Under the pieces are notes generated by a model that had not been told where the DNA came from, searched no databases, and saw only the letters and a program-made list of their open reading frames with translations. A stretch of DNA of 62,192 nt, the filler included, from Chiloscyllium plagiosum (lineage: Eukaryota): the NCBI RefSeq assembly GCF_004010195.1. It is 6 parts of one record of this genome, joined end to end, with 100 filler letters (N's around TTAATTAATTAA, not from the genome) between each part and the next. Parts side by side here need not be neighbours in the genome. Positions count along the whole stretch, not along the records: positions 17,881 to 28,395 come from NC_057717.1; positions 28,496 to 46,164 come from NC_057717.1; 4 more parts are not named here. One strand, written 5' to 3'. Both the position numbers and the translations under genes were made by a program. This document shows positions 24,435-37,300 of this stretch, piece by piece (position 1 is the stretch's first letter; every line of letters begins with the position of its first letter).

Positions 24435-25016
24435 CTACTGAGGGCTGTCCCCTCTACATTGAGCGGGGAATTAACCACCAGAACCCCATTGTGTGTGGAG
24501 CTGACTGCTCAGATCTGGAAAGTTGCACTTGATGAATACATCTTTTTAGAAGAAGGTACAATTCAATAAATATTAATTCAGTCCCAGAGTTACATTTTTG
24601 CTTCATGGTTTGCGTAGCCTGATAACAAATAGTTAATGATTGAAGAGCTCTGAGGCACAGAATATTCCAGGTGTTATATTCCAGCTTATGTTAATGCTGG
24701 GAGTATTATCAGACAGACTGATGTGATGATGGCATGAGTTGACATGTGGAGGTGGAACATTTTGCCATCTCAGAGACGTGCTTGAGAGAGGTCAGGACTA
24801 AAACTCAATAGTCTCTTGTACTGGAACTATAGGCAGGATAGGAGAGGGTGTTAAAGAGGAGGTAATGTTGCATTATTAATTAAGGAAGTGTTACTGTCGT
24901 AAGGAGGGACGATATCTTGGACGTGTTTACAAATGAGGCTTTATCGGTCAAGGTGAGGGTCCAAACAATGACAGATACATTGCTGGAGATATTTTATAGA
25001 GCCCCAGAAAGATGAA

Positions 25017-28000
25017 AATACAGGAGCAGATATATAACCGATTCACTGAGGTGTGTAAAAACCATTTCACTGAGGCGTGAAGGAAAGCAAGGCTGGAGAT
25101 GTTACAGAGAAAGGAAAGTATGGCTGGTGATATCACAGTTATAAGAAAGACTTGCTGGAGATGTTACAGAGATAGGAAAGCAAGGCTGGAGATGTTAAAG
25201 ATAGAGAGGAAGGCAAAGCTGGAGATGTTACAGAGATAGGAAAATATGGCTGGAAATGTTACAGAGATATAAAAGCAAGGCTGGAGATGTTGTAGAGACA
25301 GGAAAGCAAGGCTAGGAATATTACAGAAACAGCGTGGCCTGTGCCTGCTAGAATAGATTAGTGAGATACTTTTAAATTCATTCACAGAATGTGTAGAAAG
25401 CTGAAGCATCTGGAGGTTAGAGAGATGCGAAGGGGTGTGGGGGCTGACGGAATTTACAGTGATAGATGGGGCTGGAGTATGAGATAAATATTGTAGTGAT
25501 CCGGAAGGTTACTGAGATACATATGGATGTAGCGGCTGGAGGACATGACAGGGAAAGATAGAGGTTAACATAGATAGTTTAAAAATGGAATTGTGCAATG
25601 GCTTAAAAGAGGAAATATTGCAGAAATCAGTGGAATAGACAAGGCACTTGGAGGAGCTGAAGGAGTGAGACGTTGGGCTGTCCAATTACAAGCGTCATAG
25701 AGTGAGTGTCATACAGCACAGAAGAGGCCCTTTGATTGATAGTGACAAAAAAATTAAAAGCCCTGCAGACACTGGAAATCCCTCCTTCCTAACGTCTTGG
25801 GACGAGGGATAGATGTAGGAGAGACGTCCTACAGACTCCTCAAGCAACTATGTGACAGAACGAAACCTCACGGTGTCAGATCAAACTCTGACACGGAAAC
25901 CTCCTGCTGAATCCCTTCCCTCAGCTGATGAATCAGTTTCCCTCTACATTGAACAATACTTGCAGGAGTCACTGACAGAGTGAATGAGCTGGAGAATGTA
26001 TACTGGGTGGGCCATTTCAAAACCTCCACCAAGAGGGGCACAGCAGCAGCATTGCTGATCGAGATGGTCGGGTCCAAACGAACATAGCTGCGAGACTGGT
26101 TCGGCACCGGGTGGAGAGGGAACGATTGACAGGGAGAAACATACTTGACCTCAGACTCACCAACCTATCGGCTGCAGAGACATTAATCGATGAGCACATT
26201 GGGAACAATGTATACCGCACACAGTATATCTGGAGACAAAGTGTCACTTTTATTTTGTGTGCCTCTGCGTATGTGTGTGCACGCGCGTGTGTGCGTGTGT
26301 GTGTACACGTATCAGCGCACATGTGAGATACACATGTCCCGAGCTTAATGGGACAGATTTCAATGAGATCTAGAACTCAGCACTGGCCTGTGTGAGGTGA
26401 TTCGAGTCATCAGCAGCAGAATTTTAGTTTCGCACAATTTTCACTGTCACTGTCTGACATATGCTCCACTTTATCCTGACCATCAGGCCAGGGAATAAAC
26501 TCTTGTTCAATGGAGAATACAGGAGGGCTGGCCAGACGCAGCACCAGGTACACCTCAAAATGAGGTGACATTACTGAACAAACCACTTACACACCAAATA
26601 GCATAAACAGCCAGTGACAGACAGATCTAACTAACAATTCGATCTAATCGCTACAATCCTGTCATATGCAGTCATGTCGAATGGTGGTGTCAATCAAACA
26701 ACTCTGGATGAGGAGGATCCCCACATAACATCTTCCTCAATGATGGAATGGCCCAATACAACAATAGAAAAGCTCAGTCTGAAACGACCACAACAAAGTT
26801 CAGACAGAAGTATCAATAGGAGGATCTATGTTAGTCTCTTCCAGGCGGCAGTCTTTAGCTAATTCGATTCACTGTGTGTGGTAATTCCAAACGGCTGGAG
26901 GGATGGGGAATACAAAGGCTGTGGGCCCTGATAACATTCCATTCAAGCTTTTCCTGCTGGGAGAGAGCACTGGCATCGACCTGTCAATGTGGGAAACTAT
27001 CCGGTTGTGTCCTGTACACACACAGACAAACCATCAGACAATCAATGACTACCCCATTGCTCTCATCTCTATCATTAATAAAGGGATGGAAGATGTCACT
27101 CACAGTGCGATGAAGAAGCACTTCCTCAGCACCAACCTGCTCACTGAAGCTCAGTTTGGGCTCTCATCCCTTGGGATCATTGAAGCCTTCGTTTAACGAT
27201 GTACAAAAGACCATGCAGCTGAATTCCAGAGGTGAGGCAACAGTGACTGCACTTAACATCATCATATCTGCATTTGACCAAGTGTCCTATCAAGGATTAA
27301 TGGCAAAACTGGAGCAAATAGGAACCGTTTGGACTGGTTGAAGTTATACCTGAAAGGAAGTTGGCTGGGGTTGGAGGAGAGCATCCACCTCAGCTCCAGG
27401 ACAGCTCCGCAGCAGTTCCCCAGGGGAGCAGTTTCTGGGTAAACCTGTAGATCAGAAGTGGAAAGGTAAGGCACGATACCCCAACATGATGATGGGGCTG
27501 CTCTCTCTTTGGACAGAGACGACTGGTGGCAGCTTAATTGGACAGTCATCTTGCCTCAAGTAAGGGAGAGGTTGAATAGGACAGTCCTTTTCAGTCACCT
27601 CAGTCAATACAGAATTGGACCCACACTGTTGGCATTAATCTGCATTACAAACCGGCGGTCCAACTGATTGAGGGAGCCAAGTCCTCACTCAGTTATTTGG
27701 GGAAGCTACTGTAACATTATTGTTTTCAGATATGTTGTTAGATACCATGGAGCAGGTGGAACTAGAAGCCAGCTTCCGAGCTCAGAGAGAGGGACAGCAT
27801 CAGTGAGCTGTAAGAGTGCTCTCTGCCCTCGGCCCAATAATTTTCAGCTGCTTCATAAATGACAATCCCTACATTGTTAAGTCACAACTGGGGATGTTTC
27901 CCAATGATTGGACAATGTTCAACACCATTCGTGATTTACTGAGATACTGAAGCAGTCCTTGTCCAAATGTACCAGGACCTGGAAATATGTAAGTGTGAGC

Positions 28001-28395
28001 TTCACAGTGACAATACCATTTCCATTACACATGTGTCAGACAACGATTACTTCTAACAATGGAAAATTAAACCACATCCTCTAATTGTCAATGCCACCAC
28101 CATAACTGAACACATACTAAGCAATATGGCGGGGATTACCGTTAACGTGAACTGGACCTACCGTATGATTCAATTACCCATTCCTGTGAAGGGCTTATGC
28201 TAAAACATTGAACCTCCTGTACCTCAGTTGCTGCCTGACCTGTTTTTTTCCAGCTTTTTGACGCATATAAATTAATTGGCTACAAGCATATGTCAGAGGC
28301 TAGAAATTCTGCAGTAATAACTCACCTCAAAATTTCCGAAAGCCTGTCCCCTATTGCTAAGACACATGTTGAATGTGTATGATTAAATCCTTCCA
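25017..28395. repeat. Right arm of the inverted duplication (contains + strand copy of the old LINE and the 30-bp minisatellite)
   Basis: Reverse complement of 13690-16787 plus an extra ~275 bp (~25292-25565); ends at a linker gap. Confidence 0.9.
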
Positions 28396-28495
28396 NNNNN
28401 NNNNNNNNNNNNNNNNNNNNNNNNNNNNNNNNNNNNNNNTTAATTAATTAANNNNNNNNNNNNNNNNNNNNNNNNNNNNNNNNNNNNNNNNNNNN

Positions 28496-28690
28496 CCCAC
28501 CCCCGCCCCGTGTCTGCGTAGGTTTCCTCCCACAGTCCAAAGATGTGCAGGCCAGATGAATTGGTCATACTAGATTGTCAAGTGTTTTAGTCAGAGGGAA
28601 ATGGATGTGGGTGGGTTACTCTTCGGAGGGTTGATGTGGACTGGTTAGGCCGAAGGGCCTGTTTCCACACTGTAAGGAATGCAATCTCCT
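28496..28690 (+). mobile_element. HE1-type SINE, 3' part
   Basis: GGTTTCCTCCCACAGTCCAAAGATGTGCAGG...GGCCGAAGGGCCTGTTTCCACACTGT. Confidence 0.8.
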
Positions 28691-28784
28691 CTCCAAGGTT
28701 CAAGTCAGGATTATGATGCAATAATCACTTGGCTGAATGAGTGCAGCTCCAACAGTACTCTAGTATGGACTTGCAACGGGCAAC

Positions 28785-31700
28785 ACGGTTGTGTGGGGAG
28801 GATCATGTCTCACAAAATTGATTGATTATATTGAGGAAGTGACAAAATTGATTGATGAGGGCATGGGACTGGATGTTGGCCGTTTTGATCTTAGGAAGGC
28901 CTTTGATATGGTTCCTTATGGCAGGCTCATACAGAATGTGATGTGATCTGCGGTCAGTTAGTAAGATGGATAGAGAACTGCTTGGCCATATAAGACAGAG
29001 TAGTATTGGAACAGTGATTTTGTGACTTGAGATCTGTAAATAGATTGGCAGAGTTGCAGACTGTGAGGATGATTGCCAGAGAATACAGCAGGATATAGGT
29101 CAGCTGCAGACTTGGATAGAGAAAACACAGAAGTAACTTTGTTTGGACAATTGTGACGTGATGCATTTTGGAAGGACTAATGCAGGAGAAAAGTATAACG
29201 TGGATGGAAAAAAACTACTGATCTCATCAACATCTGAAGGCATCTTGGTGTACAGCTCCACAGTTCCCTGAAAGTGGCAACACGGTGGATAGGGTGATCA
29301 AGAAGACTGACGGCAAACATGCACACGTGCATTGGAGCATGCAGTATGAATATTAACAGGTCATATTGCAGCTGTAGAGAAAATTAGTTCGGGCATATTG
29401 GGAATATTGTGTACAGTACTGGTTGCCACACGATGTTGAAGTGTTGGAGAGGATATGGAAAAGTTTTACCAGCATGTTGTCTGGTTTGGAGGGTATTAGC
29501 CAGAAGGAGAAATTGAACACACATGGTTTGTTTGCACCTGGGCATCATTGGCTTTGAGGCTACCAGATCGATATTTATAAAATTATCAGAGGCATAGATA
29601 GAAGGAGGCTTTTAAAAAGTTAGAGGCTTTTTCCCCCAGTGTAGAAGTATCAATTACTCAGGACCGTAGATTTTAGGTAAAAATTGAGAAAGTTCAGGAG
29701 ATGTGATAGGTAAGTGTTTTTTTTTTTTGCTATTCCAGACAGAATCTGAAAGTGCCTGGAATGCACTGTTAGAGGGGAAGAAGCCAATATAGCAAGGTTT
29801 AAGAGGGATCTTGGCACGAGTCTGAGTAAGTTAGAAATAGAATGACATAGAAGGTATTGGAGCAAATACATTTGTTTTAACTGTGGAATGATATCATCTG
29901 TTAGTGCGGACTTGCTGGGCTGAAGGGCCTGTTCTTGTACTGGACTGTTGTTTAATTTTATCATTATCAACAAATGAATACAAATGATGAAATTAATGAT
30001 TGTTCTAAACACACGTAAAAATCCAAAATCAAAACAAAGCCAATTACACGGCATGAGGGGAGAACTGACCAAGATTGGATAAAATTACTAAAATGTTTGA
30101 CTGTAAATGAAGATTGAGAAACTTCCTGAAGGACAGGATGTAAATGTATGTGGAAAGGCAAGGACTGATTAGGAATAGTCACACGGCTTTGTGCGTGGGA
30201 AACCATGTCTCACAAACTTGATAGAGTTTTGTTTTTAAGAAGTAACAAAGAGGATTGATGAGGGCACGGCAGTGGACCTCTTCGATATGAACTTCAGTAA
30301 GTTGTTCGAACAGATTCGACTGTTTACCCAGTTTAGATCTCACCGAATACAGTGAGGATTAGCTACTTGGATACAGAACTGGTTCAAAGCTAGAAGACAT
30401 AGGTGGTTGTGGAAGGATGTTTTTCAGATTGGAGACCTGCGAACAGTGGATCGATGCTGGGCCTACTCCTTTTCGTCATTGATATAAATGATTCGGTTGT
30501 GAGCATAAGGGGTACAGTTAGTAAGTGTGCAGATGATACCAAAATCGGAGGTGTAGTGGACAGCGAAGAAGGGTACCTCAGATTACAACGGGAACTTGAT
30601 CAGATGGGCCTATGGCCTGAAAACTGGCATATGGAGTATAACTTAGATAAATGCAAGGTTCTGCATTTTTGGGAAAGCAAATCTTGCCACAACTTATACA
30701 CTTATTGGTAAGGTCCTCCAGAGTAATGCTGAACAAACAGACATTGGACTGTAGGTTCATAGCTCCTTGAAACTGGAGTCACGGATGGATAGCATAATGA
30801 AGAAAATGCTTGGTATGCTTTCCATTATTGGTCAGACCATTGAGTATAGGAGTTGGGGCTGATATTGCGGATGTACAGGATATTGGTTGGGCCAGTTTTA
30901 GAATATTGCGTGCAATTCTGGTCTCCTTCCTATCGGAAAGATGTCATGAAACTTGAAAGGTCTCAAAAACTCGAGGAAGTGGTAGAGGCTAGTATGATTT
31001 AACATTTAAAAGTCATCTGTACGGGTATATGAATAGGAATGGTTTGGAGGGAGATAGAGCAAAGAGTCTGTTTCCATGCTGTATATCTCTGACTGCATGA
31101 GTCTATAAATCATTCAAAATGATCAATGAAAGAACAATCCATTGAAAACTAGCCACCGGCTGAAGGTGCCCCAGGCACTTCCCTGCAGTCTGCTCCCCTG
31201 ACACTTTCAGACGTATCAGAGTCTTTGTTGCAGATGCAGTGTGTTTGGTACGATCACTCTTGCCATGTGGTATAAGGGTTAGAATGACAAGGAACAGTGA
31301 TATATAACAGGTGCACATTTCCCTGACTGAGGACAATGACACAGTACAGCCAGTAGCCTGGTTGTGTGTCTGTGCCACCTGCCATCACAAGGCGCTGATA
31401 GGGAAAGGTAAAACATGCTGTGAGCATGCTTGGAGGCAGGGAAATGCATGCTCATGTAGCAAGGGAGCAGCCCTGATAGGCAGCCTGATCAGGGATGTGA
31501 ACTGGGTAACTTTCCTTGGCAGTAACTGCATGTCATGCAGCCATACATTCCTATTTTTGGTCTACATTTCTCGGCAATAGAGCCAGGAGACAGAACTGAG
31601 TATGGTGGTCATCACGAAGGAGAAGATGCGAGAAAAACGGAATGGCCCGAGGTTGGATAAACCCCTGGTTCAACTGGACGACACCCCAGGGTTCTATGGG

Positions 31701-32235
31701 AGATACCTGAAGTGACAGACGTGGCGTTGTTGGCAATCTTTCAGGAATTTGTAGAATCAGGGAAGGTCTGAGAGGACTGGAAACTCACCAAAACGATATC
31801 GCAGTTTAAAATGGGAGTAAGGCAAAGGACAGAAAATTACAGAACAATTACCTTATCTCAGTTGCGGATACAATCCTGGCATCTATTGTGAAAATGAGAT
31901 TTATGAATACTTGGAATTGTATGGTAAACCACGGCAAAGTCGACATAGTTTCATTAAGGGAAGTTCATACCTGACCAATCTGCTAGAGTTATTTGAGGAA
32001 GAAACGAACAGGTAAGACTGAGGAAAGCGAATGGATGTTATCTGCCTGGGCTTTAAGAAGGTCTTTCACGAGATGTCACACAGGAAGCTACTGAGTAAGG
32101 GCCCATGGTGTTAGAGGTATGGAGAAAAGTTTGGCTGTTTGGCAGAAAACAGAGAGTGGGGATAAAATATTTTTTTTCAGTCTGGCCGCCGGTGTTCAGC
32201 AAGGCTCAGTGTTGAGAGCAAAACTTCTCACTTTT
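28785..32235 (+). mobile_element. Stack of old CR1 fragments (~28785-29960, ~30125-31105, ~31620-32235)
   Basis: Repeated RT motifs (SCLTNLIEF, SKCADDTKIGGVVDSEEG) and CR1 3' tails; ~31110-31610 is unassigned. Confidence 0.75.
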
Positions 32236-32589
32236 TATTGAATCTCTACATTGTTGAAACCTGCCCTTCTGCCTAACTAGTCCACATCGATCCTCCAAAG
32301 AGCAACCCATCCAGACCGATTCCCCTTCCCTATCACTCTTCATTTTACCCCGACTAATGCACCTAACCTGCACATCCCTGTGGGCAATTTATCAGCCTCG
32401 TCCCTCCAACATGTCCATCCTCCAACATTCTGTTCAATCCATCAACTCCACATTCCCTGCCATCTACCTCCATCAGTTGCCATCTGATTGCAATAATTCC
32501 TGCGTTCTACTATATAAGCACATTCCACTATAAGCCCTCACCCACAATCCATTTATCCCACTCTTCACGACTCTGTCGAGTTTTCAGAG

Positions 32590-34260
32590 ATCCCGGCAGT
32601 TCACAGTGATCCCCAGTAGAGATCCCAGCTGCTCACAACGAGATTTTCATTTTAGAGAGCACGAGCACCTGTCTGTTCACACTGAGATTCCAATTTCAGG
32701 GAACTGGATAATCCCATTGTTCACAACAAGTTTCCCAATTTAGGGAGATAGACCAAACTGGCTGCTCACAACGAGATTCCTGGTTTAGGGAATGGGACCA
32801 TGCCGGCCATTCACACTGAGATTCCCAGTTTAGGGAGCTGGACTATCATGACTGTTCACTCTGAGATTTCCGGTTTAGGGAGGTAGACCATCATGGTTGT
32901 TCACATTGAGATTTCCAGTTTAGAGAGCCAAACCATTCCGCTGTTCACACTGAGAAGCCCATTTTAGACAGCTGGACAATTCCAGCTGTTTACACTGAGA
33001 ATCCCAGTTTAGAGAGTAGAACCTTTCCGGCTGTTCCCACGGAGATTCCCAATTTAGAGAGCTCGGTAATCAAGGCTGTTCACACTGACTTTCCTAGTTT
33101 AGAGAGCTGGATCATCCCACGTTCACAATGAGCATCCCAATTAAGAGAGTGGACAATAACAGCTGTTCACACTGAGAATCCCTGTTTAGGGAGCTTGATC
33201 ATCCCCCTTTTTAACACTGAGCATCCCAGTTTAGAGAGCTGGTCCATCCTGGCTGTTCACAATGAGCATCCCAGTTTGAGAGGTGGAAAATTCCAGCTGT
33301 TCACACTGAGAATCCCAATTGAGCGAGCACTGTCAGCCCGGCTGTTAACCCCGAGATTTCCAGTTTAGTGAGTTGGATCATCCCGGCTGTTCACACTCAG
33401 AAGCCTAGTTTAGAGAGCTGGACCATCCCAGCTGTTCACAGTGAGATTTCAAGTTGAGGGAACTGGACCATCCTAGTTGCTCAGAAGGAAATTCTCAGTT
33501 TAGTGAGCGGGACCATCTCGGGTGTTCAAACTGAAATTCCCAGTTTATGCAGCTGGATCATCCAGTTGTTCGCAACGAGATTCCAAGTTTAGAGAGCAGG
33601 TCATCGCGGTTGTTCACACTGAGATTCTCAGTTTAGGGAACTGGACAATCCCAGTGCAAACAATGCGATTCTTAATTTCGAAACCCGGACTGTCATGGCT
33701 GATCGCACTGAGATTCCCAGTTCAGGGAGCCTGACCATCCCGCCTGTTCACACCGAGATTTCAAGTTTAAGGAGCTAGATCCACTGTCCATACTAAGTTT
33801 CCAATTTTAAAGAGCTGGAACATCATGGTTGTTCACACTGATATTCCCAATTTAGAGAGATGGACCTTCCCATCTTTTCACACTGAGAATCCCAGTTGAG
33901 AGAGTAGAACCATTCCAATTGTTCACATGGGGATTGTCAGTTTAGAGAGTAGAACCATTCCGATTGATTACACCGAGATTCCCAGTCTAGAGCGTAAAAG
34001 CATTCCGACTGTTCACGCCGAGATTTCCAGTTTAAAGAGTTGGATCATCCCGGCTGTTTACACTCAGATTCCCAGTTTAGGGAACTGTATCATCCCGTTG
34101 TTCACACTGATATTCCAAGTTTCGAGAAGTACACAATCCCGGCTGATCAAACTGAAATTCGCAGTTTAGGGAAGTTTATCATCCCACCTATTCTCGTCGA
34201 TATTCCCAGTTTAGGGAGCTGTGTCTTCCCTGCTGTTCTCTCAGACATTCCCATTTTTGA
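32590..34260. repeat. 45-bp tandem array, ~37 diverged units
   Basis: Consensus CCCGGCTGTTCACACTGAGATTCCCAGTTTAG(A/G)GAGCTGGACCAT; TTCAC core recurs at ~45-bp intervals. Confidence 0.93.
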
Positions 34261-34354
34261 AATCTGCACACCCCGACAGTGGTTGAGATCTTTATGCAAG
34301 TGGAAACAGCATCAGTTCATCTAGTCTTTTCCAGACACAAGCTCTACTGACTAG

Positions 34355-37300
34355 GAAAATACTGACATGCTCCCCAGGACTTTCATGTTAATATGCACAT
34401 ACTCCCTAATGCACCCCAGCACATTCTGACACAACCACTAGGACGCTGCTATAAATAGCGACACACTCCCTGGGACCCCCTGTAAATCGCAAAACCCTCT
34501 CCAGGACGCCCCTGCACAAAGCAAATAAAACGCGATGGATCCACCTGTAAACCCTGACACACTGCCCCGGACACACGTGTAAATGGTGACAGAAGCACTG
34601 GGACACCCCTGTAAATGCAGACACACTCCCCGGGACCCGCCTGTAAATACCGATACACGTCACAAGACCTCATTGCAAATAATGAGACATTCACTAGCAC
34701 CGTCCTGTGAATACCGATACACACCCCAGGACACCCTTGTAAATAACAAACCACTCGTTGGGACAACCCAGTAAATACTGACACACTCCACGGGGTCCCC
34801 CATAAATACTGACACAATCCCCGGTAAACTCCGTGAATATACCGACACACTCCTCGGTAAACTGCCTGTTAATAACAACACACTTTCTAGAACTGCTCCA
34901 CAAATACTGACACATTCCACAGGAACCCCCTGTAAATACTTGCACACTCCACGGGACTAACCTGTGAATACTGACACAATCCCAGAGACCGCTCCTGTAA
35001 ATGATGACAGGCTCCCCACGACCACTCTCTAAATACCAACACACTCCCTGGTAAACACCTGATTAGTACCGACACGCTTCCCAGGACCACCCAGTAAATA
35101 TCGACACAGTCTGTATGTATTCCCTATTGACACATTCCCCGTACTCCCACCCTTGCAAGTACAGATACTCACCAGGCCACCCCTGTAAATACTGACACAC
35201 TACCTGGGACTCCCCTGTAAATACTGACAAAATCCCCCAGGACATTCCCCCTCACCTATATTTCCTGAAAAGCTTCTCAACAACACTCTGTCAATACTGA
35301 CACACAACCCAGGACCCCACTTTAATATGGAGACACTCTGCAGGACCCCCCTGTAAATACAGAGAGAAACCACGGGATATTCGTTCAAATATTGACACAG
35401 ACCCTGGGAATCCCCTGTAAACAATGACACCGGCCCCGTGGCACCTTTGTAAGTACCGCCGTAGAACCCTGTGAACCCCATGTAAATACTGACACATCTC
35501 CTTAAAGCCCCTGCAAAAACTGTCAAATTCCCCAGGACTTCCTGAAAATGCTGACACATTTCCTGGTACACCCTTGCAAATACTGATACACACCTGCGAC
35601 ACTCTTGTAAATAACAAACCACCCCCGGGAACATCCTGTAAATAATGACACCCACCCGGCGCACCCTTGTAAATGAGACACAGTTCCATGGAACACTCCT
35701 CTAAACACTTACACACTCGACAGTACAGCCCTGTAAATACTGACATACACCGTGGGACCATATTGTAAACACAGACATGCTCTCCCGGACGACCTGGCAA
35801 ATACGGACACACTCCTTGCGACCACCCTGCAAATACCAACTCATTCTTTGGGAGCCCCTGTAAATACTGACACTCCCAGCATCATCGTGTAAATATCAAA
35901 ACATCCTTGGGACCTCAGTGTGAATACGGTGATACTCACTGTGACGACCCTGTAAATACTGACACACAATCCGTAACCACCTAGAACATACCGACAAGCT
36001 CCCCAGATTCCGCGCAAATACCTAAACACTCTGTGGGATAATCTGTAAAAGCCAAGCCACCTCACGGGACTATCCCTGTACGTACCAACACAATCCCCGG
36101 GAACATTGTAAACACCAACACACTCCATAGAACCCAAGCAAACAACGAGACACTCCCCTAAATACGCTGCAATTACCAACATAGGCTCCAGAACACCCTC
36201 TGTAAGTACCAACACACTCCCCGGAATCAGTACAAATACCGACACACACATGTGGCACCCCATAAGTACCACACATTCGACAGAACACTTCCTGCAAATG
36301 CCGACACACTCCCCAATAAACACCTTATTATTACCAACACACTTATCAGGGACTCCCTGTAAATACCGACACAATCCCCGCGAAATCTCTGTCGATACTG
36401 ACACACTCTCCTCGCCCATGTTGTCAATAAACACCGACACACTTCCTGGACAACTGCCCTGCAAACACATATACTCAACGGGACCGCTTTACAGTACCTG
36501 CACACTCCCTGGGACCCCCCGTAAATACTGACACAATCCCCGGGAATTCCACCCCCCCAGTATTTACTGACATTACTGACAAATTCCTCAGCAGCACCCT
36601 CTAAATTCTGACACACTCAGGGCCACCCGCAAATACAGACACACTCTCTGGTAGACGCCTGTAAAGACAGACAAACGCCCTGGGACACACTTCTAAATAA
36701 TGATACTGGGAATCCTCTGAAAAGAATGACAAGCTCCCCGGGGCACCCTTGTAAATAATGATATCCACCTCGACGCACCATTGTAAGTAATGACACCTTC
36801 CCCAAGAGCATCTTGCAAATACCAACACAAACCCGGGGCATCCTTACAAATAACGACACCATCCCCGGTGCACCTTGTAAATATCAGCACACTCCCTGGG
36901 AACCCTCTGTGAATACTGACACATAACCTCGTTCCCCCCTTTACACACCGACACCCTTTCTGGGATCCACCTTGTGAATACTGACACACTGCTTGGGACA
37001 CCTTGAGAATATGGGCACTCTTGTAACTACCGATACACACTCCAAGAACACTCCAGTAAAGACTGAAATACTCCACGGGAAACCCCCATAAATGCTGACA
37101 GTTCCCAGTACTCCCTGTACATACCGAAACACACCTGGGTCACCGTTGGAAATAACAAACCACTCCCCAGGACCAACCCTGTAAATAATGACACCCTGCC
37201 CGGACAACTTTTGAAAATAATGGCACAATTCCCGGGAACCTTTTTGTAAATGCCAACACACGCAATGGGGCTAATCCTGAAATAATGATACACTCCACGG

